NCBI RefSeq assembly: GCF_006345805.1
Contig: NC_043003.1
Span: 75,516,001 to 75,580,000 of the forward strand
Direction of reading: 5' to 3'
DNA length: 64,000 bases
Source of the DNA: Octopus sinensis
Lineage: Eukaryota
The position numbers and the translations under genes were made by a program. A model generated the notes under the pieces. That model was not told where the DNA came from. It searched no databases and worked only from the letters and a program-made list of their open reading frames with translations. Below, one piece after another: positions 51,998 through 64,000 of the stretch. How positions within the stretch are numbered: position 1 is the first letter of the stretch; each line of letters opens with the position of its first letter.

Positions 51998-52182
51998 TGA
52001 TAGATCGTTAGCCACTACACACAGTTTTTCTCTCCTTGTTTTTTTTCTGCGTTCCTTTCTGTAGAAGAGTGTAAGCTCGAAACGTAAAAGACTTTTTTCT
52101 ATTCCTCATCGTTATACTAATATATCTGTTTGTTTTGTACACCACCTGTCTTCGTCTATTGTTTTTTTTCGTAAACTCTCCC

Positions 52183-52185
<3 letters not shown>
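51996..52185 (+). mobile_element. Short Penelope-like pLTR fragment with variant hammerhead at 52055-52090, flanked by (TA)n
   Basis: CUUU|CUGUAGAA|GAGU-GUAA-GCUC|GAAAC-GUA/AAAG. Homologous to 63640-63862. Confidence 0.7.
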
Positions 52186-52253
<68 letters not shown>

Positions 52254-55034
52254 TATATATATACTCACACATAACGTGATAGTTAGGGAGGGAGCGAACC
52301 TGCTAGAGACAGACAGACAGGGTAAATTTCGCGAGTTAAGATCTCTAACAGTCCGAGATATGATTAGGCTGCTACAGTATGACAGATAATCATACGGGCA
52401 TACATTAAAGTGCTGCATGCAATTACTATTTCCAGAACTTGAAGCGACAATATCAAGTGACTCTTTTAAATAAATATGCTACCATGGGAGTCAGTGGTTA
52501 AGAAAATATTTACAAGTCGATCATGTACTCGATATTATCTACTGATATATCTGTCGAATATGTGAAATGTTACCTAATTTGCAAACCAATTATATATTCA
52601 CTTCTTCATTTGAAATTCATATTTCTTTTACTTCTAACTTGGGTAGGAAATAAGAATACTGAATGACATACTGCCCAATATAATCGACCATACTTTCCTA
52701 CAATTCTCATATCAAGATTTGTGACTATTGCTGAAATCACTTGCCAAGAGAAATAAACGCTCTTCGATATTTAATTATGTATCTTCGAAGTCTGATCTAG
52801 GAACTGGAATTTCAGTCCTTTTTCTACAAATATATATTATTAAGCGGCGTCAATAATCTCAGTCGTGCTATATATACTGCAACGCAGTATATGCATATAT
52901 AGGAATATATGAGTGTATGTTTCTATGTATGTATGCTTATTCAATAAATTATTATTAAATATTCACTGTGGATAACATGTGACATGTGAATGGCACCAGT
53001 TCATATCGCCGGCAACTAAACGTCAAGTTTCCAGAAAAACTGTCACACGAATATTCATACAAATAATTCTGACATCCAACACTTTGATGTTAGCCAAAAT
53101 TTTGAGAAACGATATATTGTCTTCAATCTACATATTTAATGAGGGTTGTTCAATGATCGTTGTTTGCTACACACATCTCTCTGATTGAGTGAGCTAGAAA
53201 TAGAGGGAGAGATATATCTTTTTTTCCCAGGCAGGCGAGTGTATCACGCATAATATTTTCGTTGATGTAAACAGCATCACATACAGTGACGTCAGCTTGT
53301 CAACTAGTCATGGCGTTTTACAAAGAAATTTCAACATCGATGTACGACTTCTCACTAATCTCACCTTTAAGACTTAAATACAAGACATATTAGACAATGT
53401 AATTCCTGATATGCAAGAACGACTGGATGGTCACTACTTCAGCAGAGAGCATAGACTTGTTTAATCAAAGCTGATCAGGAGCTAAACAAGAACAACAACC
53501 GAGTTTATTTCTAGTAAAGTGATGTTCTGGATAAAGTGGAGAACTCTCAGTAGAAGGGAGGTTTAGAGTTTATCAAGCTTTCATGTGAGATAGGAATATG
53601 CTTGAAAGCATGTCATATGAAAGATCTTGTATGTGTGTATTGGTGTGCGAGTAAGTGTGTGAGTATGTTAGTGTGCCTGCATGTGTCTACTCACGTGTAT
53701 GTGAGATCGAGCGTGTATGTATGGAGAATCTTCTCTTGATCTGCCCATTCCATCATGGAATCGGGAAGGTGACATCGTGACATCCGATGTGTGTTAGCTA
53801 GGCCTGGACCTAGCGAAACTTGATCCTTCTCCCGGTTGGCACATATAGATTTCTTTTTATTTTGCAGAAAGACAAAGGAAAACAAGTAAATGATAAATTG
53901 ACACTTAGTAATGTATTTGTACTTTATTTATCGATCTTGAAATCAGTAATGGCTAAGTTGAACTTAGAAAACAAGGACAATTTCCATAAGCACAACATCC
54001 GACGCTCTAACAATTCTGAGGGTGGTGCCCTAACTAACGTACTTAATACCTTGTAGGAATGAATCTAGAGCCTCATGAATAGAAAACGATATGTGTATGC
54101 ACGTCTGTGTGTGTGTGTGCGTTGACAGACACGGCATTCTGTGATATGTTGCTGTACTTGTGCATAACCATGTGTATGATGAAGTGAGTCGAACATTAGT
54201 AGGCCTAATATAAGGCTGGATGTAAATAAAATGTTCGAAGATGTATTTGTACTTAGACTAAGAAAAACAAGGCACGTTTATACATTTTTATGGGTAAAGA
54301 ACCGACTACATAGGAAAAGAGTTGCTTTCCTCTTCATGTTATAAATATGAGTTGTATACGTTGATTCCACACGAAGGAAGATGAATTGGGGGATGTCTTC
54401 AAAAAGTGAAATATACGATTATAGTTTTGCTGTTAAATTAGGCGTTGCTTGGGATGCCATGTAAACTGTCCTCGCTGAGATAACCATGATGATTTCTGAC
54501 TTTATACATTATATTGCTTAAAACAGATAATACAATACTGCATGGGGGTGGTAAACGGTAGAACTTCGACAAAAATGTTCGGCGACATATAATTGGATGA
54601 AATTCCCAATTTATTTGTCTGCTAGCTTACAAGAGGACAATTGTAGCATTCACAACACGTTCATTTACAATTCTGGAGTTGGGTATTACATAGAGTTGAG
54701 ATGTCATTTGAAATGTTGTTATAAACTGTACTGATTTCCTTAAATGTGTCCCATGGCATAAAAAACCACTCTTTGTCTGCATCCTTGAGTCGAGTGAGAG
54801 GATTTTGTATAGCGAAATAGGATAGTCACGTGCACGGAAGGAAAATTGCATTTCATTAGAGTTTTATTTCATCGTCTTCAGAGATAAAGGAATTTATAGA
54901 ATATAGCAACTTTATATAGAGTCGGGCGAGAAAGGATAAATTCAATTCAGAAGTGTGAATATGTACGTGTATAATGTACGGCAGTTGAGATGTGAGGGTT
55001 TATGATAATGATATAAATATTGGTTTCAAATTTT

Positions 55035-55245
55035 GGCGCAAGACCAGCATGTTTGGGGGAGGAGGCAAACAACTGATGTCGAATAAAACTACACCAGTGT
55101 TCAACTAGTAATTTTTTATTGATCTCAAAACGATGAAAGGAGAATCAATCCCGGTGGAATTTAAACTCAATAAATCTAAAGGGACCAAATGTCCCTAAGA
55201 ACTTTGCCCGGCATGTTAACGAGTCTTACACCTCACTGCCTTCGT
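55035..55245 (-). mobile_element. SINE family B
   Basis: Reverse complement has ggcagtgagg..cgttaacatgccgggcaaag...gagtttaaattccaccgg...cctttcatcg...gatcaataaaaa. Confidence 0.65.
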
Positions 55246-57834
55246 AAGAGCGGTCGAATAATAATACGAATGTTGAGGATATGCGATGCTTGACTATATA
55301 TGCCTCCTGAGTTCAAAAACCTCTCGTTTCACAACTTAAAATTGCTCCTTTTGCTCACTATATGATGAATAGCTGTTGATTTCCCCAGCTCACTGAAAGT
55401 GATATGGACCAATGTACTGGTAAAGTGAAATTTGACAATCAATAGCGCCTTAGACAGAATCCATAACGCATTCCATTTACTTCTCATCCGAGATATTTGA
55501 ACTGAGAAATTAACTTAAGTTGTATACGCACTCAATGACAAACATGCGCGTTTATAAACGCATGCAAGTCACCACATCCCGTTTTTATGTATAATTTTAA
55601 TACGAATTTCTGTAGCTTCTGTACAAATGTTTAAGTCTAAAATCTGATGTTTCACAAACAAGCCTAAAACTTATTTGCGAGATATATATTTCTTATTGAA
55701 ATAGTTACCCGAATAGTAGGGAAAATTTAGCAATATTACAGACATCCTGTAGATTATTGTCGAATATACATTGAAAAGCGATGTACAAATGATAAATACA
55801 ATGTGGCAATCGTTCACATCACACGAAATACACACGAAGCTTTCCTATGACACTAAGAGGTAGATACATCACTGTTGCTCATTATATCGCACATAAACGG
55901 AAGATGTATAGGAATAATGACGACAGGTTTGTGAATCATATATTTTAGACAAGTGGGTAGTTTATAATTTACATCTTAGACACAGTATGTCGAGAAAACT
56001 ATTTAAAATTCAAATCTTATTTAATATCAGTAGACCATTTTATAATTAAATGCATTTAAAATCAGTGGTAGAGCATGTGACTAAATGAAGTGGTATTGTG
56101 TTAAGTTCTTCAAGTTTCTAAGTACAGTTAACAACAATAACGTTTATCTCGCGGGTTCAAACAGTACTGCGTTCGTCTCATTAGGAACTTAAATTGATCC
56201 ACTATACTCACAAATTGCATGTGAATGGAATTGTGCCAATATAAATTATTGTTAAAGCTACTTTTTGTCAATTACGTTTTATCACTATCATACTTTTGCA
56301 TGCAATCAGAAAAAAGACTATAACCGCTTGAATGCTATGCATTATGCATAAAACATTGGCGCGACATGCTTTGTCAGCGACGTATTACCCATTCACTAAG
56401 AGAAATATATAATAGTATAGATATTCCATCTATTATTGTCGAGTATACGTTAAAGAACCGCGCGCGCGTATGTGTGTGACGAACACAACAGGTAAACGGT
56501 TATACCTCATGAAAGATACACGAAGCTTTCTTTAACCCGTTAGGAATTGTAATGCAAGTAATCTAAGAAGATAATCACTGTTGCCCTAAGTGACTAAAAT
56601 GATAGTTAATCAATAATGTATTTGCAGTTCTAAATGTAGTAGAGCTGCCAATAGCCGAAATGTGCCAACATTGTTAAGATCTCATTTGGGAGCCGAAAGG
56701 TGTTGAGTATTGGATTATAAATACTGAATGACGTTCTACGTTCATAAAATGACAGACAAACAATTCATAATGAAGGCTATTTCAGACATAAATTGTGACT
56801 AATGTGTGAGAAAAGTTTTTAAATAAATAGGGTATAATGAATATCTTGCGCGGCCAGCGCTGTGGAGTAGCAGATAAGTGTTGGTTGAAGGTAATGACGC
56901 ATCCGGTTTTCATTCACCATGGTTTATATCGATTTACACTTCAATTAGATTTGTAACGAATTTCAGGCAAAATATAACTATATTGATGGATAAGGTTATT
57001 ACACATTGATCGAACCCATAAATATGGTGCCAGTTGGATACATAATATATTTCACTATAAAATAATTTGACTTTAAATGCAGAGAAAAAATATAAAATGT
57101 AATATACGAGACGAACATTTACAATTGCAGAAACAATATATGGATCAATGAAGTGAAATAATGAAAATTAGATAACTATTAATTCAAAATGAATTGAAAG
57201 ATATACATTACCGTGGCTCTGTTGGCATCTATTGATTAGGATAAATTAAACATGTGAAAACGTTACTGGACAACAGATGCGCTCAAAATCATTAGACACG
57301 ATTAGTTTTTCTTTTCCTACTATAATGCTTAACATTTCTTTCAGGTCACTTCCTGATCTGGTACACCTGTAATTACATCAAGTTTGTTAGATTTTAGATA
57401 TATATATAATCAATCACTTCCCTAGTTATTAACTCAGATTTATACAGGGTTAGCCATGCACGGTACTGGAAAACAATACATGACGAATATTTAATGTTTA
57501 ACGGTTGCTGCCTAAACTATTGCTCTCTTAATCCAACACATGTCACGACCTCGCTATTAATCCACCGCACTTTCATATATCTGAACAAGATTATGAGCAC
57601 TTTGTCTCGAATTTCTAAAGTCATGTGTAGGCAATAAATTGAATGATGTCATTACAAGGCTTCCATTCCAGTGATAACTTTACCAATTATGCAAGTGACG
57701 AATATGCTTACATAAGACTCTATGTATATTACTATAAGAGCTTGCCAAATATTTGAGACGCACTGTCCAAGAATAAATTGAGTTAAACATTTATATAACG
57801 GAGAAGGACTGACAAGTTGTAGCATTAATCCCTT

Positions 57835-58579
57835 ATAGATGCAGGCATGGCTGCTTCCCAAACACAGAGTTTCAGGTTCAGTCCCACTGCATGGCTCCTT
57901 GGCTATAGCATCAGATCGACCAAATTCATGTGAGTGGATTTAGTTGAGGAAAAATGACAGAAACATGTCGCATATGTGTGTGTGTTTCTGTTTCTCTGTG
58001 TGTGTATTCCTCTACCTGTGTGTGCACGTGTGTGTGTGAGTGTGTATGTATGTATGTATGTGTGTGTGTGAGAGAGAGAGAGTGTGTGTGTGTACGTCTG
58101 TGCGTATCCACCGTTTAATAATCGGTTTGGTTTCTTTACGTCTCCGTAACTAGCGATTCGGCAAATGATAGTGATAAAGTAAACACCAGGCATAAACAAA
58201 TAACTTCGATTAAACAGTTCAAGGCGCTGCCGAATCATGGATGAAGTACGCTGACTAAAACAAGTAAGACAACGTTAAAAGAAAAATTACCGACAATTAT
58301 AAGTATCATATTTAATAAGAAATAACGGAATGGTTCCAGTCGAGCATCTAGAAGTGACAATAGAGTTATATCTCGAGTAATAACATATATGTAATTATGA
58401 GAAAGAATAATATTCGTAGCAGGTGATCTAGTAGAATGATTCCAATCACATGGTTCCGGTTCAGTTTCACTATGTGGCACCTTGGGTTAGTATCTTCTAC
58501 TATAGCCTCCGGCCGACCAAGGCCTTCTGAGTGGATTTAGCAGACAGAAACTGAAAGAAGCCCGTCGTATATATATATG

Positions 58580-58626
<47 letters not shown>

Positions 58627-58872
58627 TATATATATATGTATGTATGTATGTATGTATATGTGTATACGTTTGTGTGTCTGTATTTAGTCCCCCCAACATA
58701 GCTTGACAACCGATGGTGGTGTGTTTACGTCCCCGTAACTTAGCGGCTCAGCAAAAGAGACCGAGAGAATAAGTACTAGGCTTACAAAGAATAAGTCCTG
58801 GGTCTGTTTGCTCGTCTAATGGCGGTGTTCCAGTATGGAGACAGTCACATGACTAAAAGAAGTAAAAGAGAA
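57835..58872 (+). mobile_element. Two tandem SINE family A copies (57835-58275 with internal TG array; 58420-58872 with internal TA array)
   Basis: Both share the head, the ccgaccaa..gtgagtggattt core and the 3' tail with the 51130 copy. Confidence 0.8.
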
Positions 58873-58929
58873 ATGCCAATAATTTCAGTAGGTGACTTGG
58901 TGAGATGTTGGCTTCATTTTTGTTTTGAA

Positions 58930-59135
58930 CTGGAGAAGAGAAAGAAAGGAGCGCTGAAGAAATATGGCTGGGTGAAAAAAGAGGCAATAACGGATTGTTG
59001 GGGGATGTGTGATGGTGAATGTAGTTAATATCTGGCGTGTCAATGTGGAAATTGCGAATACATTGAACGAGGTGAAAAGAAAAGAGTATTCCAAGTTATG
59101 TTGAGTGGCAAAAGATGCACAGAAGGATACACTGG
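58930..59135 (+). mobile_element. Small R4/Dong-like fragment (knuckle region)
   Basis: KYGWVKKEA...C.MCDGE...QC...RRIHW across frameshifts. Confidence 0.4.
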
Positions 59136-59337
59136 GCAACAGTACGAATAATCATATATGCATATATAACTTCAAATACAAAATATTGAGAATCTTCAAT
59201 GAACGCTGAATTTATCCAGCAGTTTTAGGAATATGCACACAGAGAAATGCGTACGTAAACACAGTCATACATGCATACATATATATATATATATATAATA
59301 TATATATATATTTACACATAATATACATACAGACACA

Positions 59338-59810
59338 TGGTGGCTGCCCCCTCTTTATCGAGTATGGCCATTACACGAAGCTTAATCAATGTTGTTATCG
59401 TGCAATGCCTGTGCATGAAGATCTTTTTTTAAAGTGAGGAAAGGCTGTGCACTGAGTCAATCCCACTAACTAAGCAACAGCAGCCATAATCTGAAAAGAC
59501 GAAGAAGTCAACATCATCGGTAACTACTGAGCCGCAGGTTTTATGTCGGAGTTATCCCAGTCACCTGAGTTACCTTCTCCAAGAGGGATGCCCTAACAAA
59601 GGTCCTTCACTCCCAATGGTTTAACCGCACGATCGGGTATTTACTCCGATTATTTCTATTTCCCCGCGCATGATACATCCTTAAGACATTTATTGGATGG
59701 CCGTTGACTCTCAAGAGTTCCTCCGCCCTTTGATGGGTTTTGTTTGTCATCCCGCAGGGTGTCCAATAAATACCCTCCTCACCAAGCAGGTTGTACTGGG
59801 TTACATGTTA
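59338..59810 (-). mobile_element. GC-richer interspersed repeat, possibly an RTE-type 5' leader
   Basis: Non-coding block after a TA array. Resemblance to RTE 5' regions is from recollection only. Confidence 0.3.
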
Positions 59811-59877
59811 TCAGTAGCACTCGAAAGTGACCTGACACATATATTCATACACACACATACATTCATGCATACACAAT

Positions 59878-59911
<34 letters not shown>

Positions 59912-60661
59912 ATATATATATATATACATGCATGCACACATACATAATACATGGATACATACATAAACACGCCCATGATTATACTGACTATGACTGTCGA
60001 TTACATTAATGGCACACCCCAACGTCCTCATTACATTGTTGGCGATGAAATATTCAAAAACTCCGGAGACATAAAGACAGACGCGAAGCAACAAATGAGC
60101 ATCTGGGATTCGAATTAAAGCAGTACTGCCTATGCAATCATAGACATATGGACGATTGCGGAAGGTCTAGCTCCTATCAATTGAATCAAAAGCCATACCA
60201 GCAACCAAACTAGGTCGCAGTGCATAGTATCAAAGTTCCCGTTTCCTCACATAGAAGGTTCAGTACTGTGAAAGTTAAGGTCTCATTACTAAGTGTCAAT
60301 GTACGCATTCTCCCTCAGAAATCTACGTGGGATAAATGTAATGATTTCAAATAACATTTGGAAATTTTTTATTTGAGATACCGGATTAATCCACATCGCA
60401 GCAGGGGACACAAAGAAAACACCTCTACTCAACTCGCTACTTCAGTAGAAACAGCACAAAAAAGGAAGCTAATAACACTAAAACTGGTGTCCCAGCATGG
60501 CTTCAGTAATATATTATATATGTATATGTATAGAAAAATATATATATATATATATATATATATTAGTGTCCCATTTTAAGGGTCATTGTGACTGCACCAT
60601 TATTCTGCATGGTGCCAGCGGATAAAATATGAGGTATACAAAGTTCGTACTCACAGACGTT

Positions 60662-61737
60662 ATGAAAATGATAACAACCAAACTATGTTCAGTGATTTTC
60701 TCGTATGAGTAAAAATTGAGTCACTCTGCCGCCGGAGCTGTACGGAATATGAAACGAGAGTTTGGTGATAGATTGGTTGACATCAGAACTGGTCATAGAT
60801 GGTTCCAAAGCTCTCGTTCGGTAGATGATAACCTTGAGAATTAACCTTGGGTTATGCCAAAACCAGTTATTCGGCATGATCGATTAAATGCTTTGGTTGA
60901 ACAAAATCCGAGAACAACGGTTTGAAAACTTTCATCAGAACTCCAAACATCTCGCACAACTGTTTTTGGACACCAGTAAAAGTTTGGAGAAGTCAAGAAA
61001 AGGGATAGGTTTGGGTTACATCAAGTGAACGAGATTCAAAAAAGCAAACGCCTCTAAATGTGTTCCTTATTGTTTTCTCAACTGGAAAAAGACCATTTTT
61101 GCATCAAATCATTAATTATGATGCGAAATGAATATTCTCTGACAACAGCAGAACAGGACAGTGATTAGATGCAGAGGAGTCACTTAAACACTGCCCAAAC
61201 CTACCATTGCCCCCTAAAAGTTCACTGTATGGTGGTCTGCGAAGGGTGTTATTCATTATTCATTTTTGCAAGAAGGTAAAACGGTAACAGCAACACCGTA
61301 TTGCTAGGGAATTGATTGTATGCATGAGAATTTGGAGAAAAAGCAACTCAGACTAGTGAATAGAGATGCACGACAATGCACGTCTTCACACTCCTCAAGC
61401 TACGGTCCAAAAGTTACAAAGCCTGAAATATGAGATTTGTCACATCCTTCCTATTCCCCTGATATCTCTCTTACTGTTCATCACTTATTTAAGTATTTGG
61501 AGCTTTTCATATGCAATAAAACATTCTTAAATAGAGAAGGGGTAACTGAAGCATTTGGATAGTTTATCACAGTAAAAGATGATTTTTTTAAGATGGAATA
61601 TATGACATAGAGAAATGTTGGATAAGCGTCATAAATGTACATAGATCATACTTTGATTAAATAAATCAGTTCTCTATCAGTTCTGAAACATTTTATTGTT
61701 ACCTTTCGAATACGAGATTACATGTAAAACAACCTGA
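60662..61737 (+). mobile_element. Decayed DD34D mariner, cecropia/Hsmar1-like; 3' TIR present, 5' TIR not found
   Basis: IFSYE*K..HSAAGAVRN, PFLHQII..D.K, TVWWSAKGVIHYSFL..GKTVTA, HDNAR, SHPSYSPDIS, SYFD* (61660). Ends ...catgtaaaacaacctga followed by TA. Confidence 0.85.
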
Positions 61738-63179
61738 TATGTTGTTAGTATCGTTTCAAGTTAAAAGGTGCCAGTTTAATATGTGTTAGATAAATCTCAC
61801 GTGGATCTAAATTATGTTAGTACATTATGGTGCAAGTTCATAATTTATATTTAATGATTTTATTACTAGCACAACGTAACATGGTTGACAAAATTTGTTA
61901 ATCGTAAATCAAGAACAACCTTCCAAGATATAGTTTTGAATATATTTTTAAAGTATATAAATACAAGTTACACTATAAAAAAAATAATAAAATACCTATA
62001 CAGATAATTTTTAACAGCAAATATTATGACTAGATGTTCATTGTTCACTTAGCACTTAAGCATGGGAAACACAGTTGAACATTTTCAAATACATTTATCC
62101 GCCATTCTAAACCGCCCATGAGCCTACAGTTCCGGCCCGTTACACTGTCGTTCATGTGGAGGTTTCCCCAGTACTTGACTGAACTACTTGGCCTATTTTC
62201 TAGGTTAAATAATCTTTCCTTTTGCTTTTCTTGTTTCCCAATAGCTTTGATGTATGTATCTTGATTCTTTTCCACCAATCATACATTTTCTGAGACCCCT
62301 TTGATCTCGCATGAACATGATGTCTTCATGCAAGTTTGCAAGTTTTTTTTCAGTTCTTTCTGTGTCTTTTTTATTATATTTTGGATATATTTCGACAGTA
62401 AGTCAAAAAGATCAGGTAGCCGCTTTTTGGTGGAGTTCTCTAGTTTCTTCTGCTCTTTAAAAAGCATTTTTATTTCTAATTTTCTTTTTCTTTTTTGTCT
62501 TCCGGTTCTTCCTTTTCTCATCGTATACTTATCAACATATTTGTAAATAAACACATTTTCTCACAAGGGATGCGGTCATCACTGGAAATAAAAAAAAAGA
62601 TTTCAAAGTACTATGAAAATGAATATTTCCTTATACTTGTATAGTCACATCCCATAGACTGTGTAATTCCATGTTCTGTACATACAAACATTAAATATTA
62701 GGAAAATAATCTCAGAATATGAAAAAACAACTTGTGTTTGGTACTGTTTACAATTCAATCTATTCTTTATGTATATTTAGTCAGACATAAAAAATGAGTC
62801 ATCTAATAACATGTATATTATATATTTAGCTAGACCCTACTCTTCAGGGTATGAAATATCTAATAAAGCAGAACCTACTTAAATATATTTTCCAGTATCT
62901 TTCATCCTTTTGTAGGATTTATTTCTATGTTTCTTGCATGCTTCGATAGTTCAAAAGATATCTTTACGTTGCCAAGTAGCTGCATTAGATATCCTTCCTA
63001 ATCAGTGGTAAAAGGGTTCTAATAATATTTCTCGGGTATATGTAAGTTATGTAAGAACAGTTGTCAAAATGTTGATAGGTAGACAATGGAGAAGGAAAGA
63101 GAAGGAAGACAAAAAAAGAAAAATTATTCATAATGAAATTTCAATTGGTTGACCACATCAGATTGAAAAGAACCGCGAC

Positions 63180-63204
63180 CTCTCTCTCTCTATCTCTCTA
63201 TCTC

Positions 63205-63287
<83 letters not shown>

Positions 63288-63320
63288 CTATCTATCTATC
63301 TATCCATCTATATATCTACA
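63180..63320. repeat. (TATC)n/(TC)n microsatellite
   Basis: Read directly. Confidence 0.97.
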
Positions 63321-63639
63321 CTTTCACATTCTTTACATATTTTCCTCTTTCTTGATTGTCCTGAAACCTCTCTCTCTCTCTGTCTTTATTTTCTCCCCCT
63401 CTTTGCTTTTCTTCTCTTCCCCCTTTATCCAACAATAACAAAATTTTTTTTTTTTTACTTTTAAGCAAAGCAAAAAACATACGATTAATATAAATTAACA
63501 TGGAAATGTTCTAATTTTATCATTTTGATTTTGTCTTGAGCAGTTCGATAAACGAACGAAAGCGTTGATAAAGATTATGCAAAATCCTGGCTAACTCACC
63601 TTCTCAATATGCATTTCTGTACACCACTTCAAACACTCT

Positions 63640-63862
63640 GTCGTGTTTGACCGTTGAAATCTGCCCATTTGTTATTCTCTCCAAGTTTGTTTTTTTTTTC
63701 ACTTTTCTCCGTTTTATTTTCGCTTTTATCCTTTCTGTCGAAAAGCGTAGGCTCGAAACGTAAAAGACTACTCCATTCTTCCTGAGCGCTAAATTAACAC
63801 ACATGTTTGTTGTTCCTACACCTGTCTTCGTCCTTTGCTTTTGGCAAATTTGAACTATATAT
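63640..63862 (+). mobile_element. Penelope-like pLTR fragment with variant hammerhead at 63731-63766
   Basis: CUUU|CUGUCGAA|AAGC-GUAG-GCUC|GAAAC-GUA/AAAG; tail acctgtcttcgtc shared with the 51996 copy; ends at (TA)(TG). Confidence 0.7.
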
Positions 63863-64000
63863 ATATGTGTGTGTGTGTGTGTATACATGAATGCATACAT
63901 ACATACATATATATATATATACATATACATATATGAAGGAGTCTGCATTGATTGCCACGGTGTCCACTCCACTGCTCGATCATTGGAATGGTATACTTAT

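Noticed and set aside
53868-53885. Possible 18-nt microexon after a strong pyrimidine tract/CAG, with GTAAAT donor
   Set aside because: Such signals arise by chance in AT-rich DNA and there is no supporting context.

Overview
AT-rich, microsatellite-saturated eukaryotic DNA, mostly intergenic or intronic. The tRNA-type SINE families look like octopus/cephalopod repeats, but that is recalled similarity, not a database result. No complete host gene is visible; there is only one weak candidate signal-peptide exon at 27980-28157. The main feature is a full-length, almost intact CR1/L2-group LINE on the minus strand (18207-22942) sitting inside a (TA)n array. Its ORF2 encodes APE endonuclease plus RT, with a single 1-bp frameshift near the C-terminus. 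Its ORF1 is unusual: Myb/SANT(trihelix)-like N-terminus, polyQ tract and two C-x8-C-x4-C-x3-H fingers. Other content: three large and one small decayed R4/Dong-type RLE retrotransposons (the large ones bounded by (TAA)n-type repeats); one DD37D(maT) and three mariner remnants; many SINE copies; a ~498-bp tandem-plus-inverted triplication; and Penelope-like fragments carrying at least six hammerhead-ribozyme motifs. One hammerhead is intact with a U3:A8 covariant core, two copies share a U6 core, and one has a neighbouring duplicate that begins at the predicted cleavage site. Almost all short ORFs in the supplied track are microsatellite or antisense artefacts.
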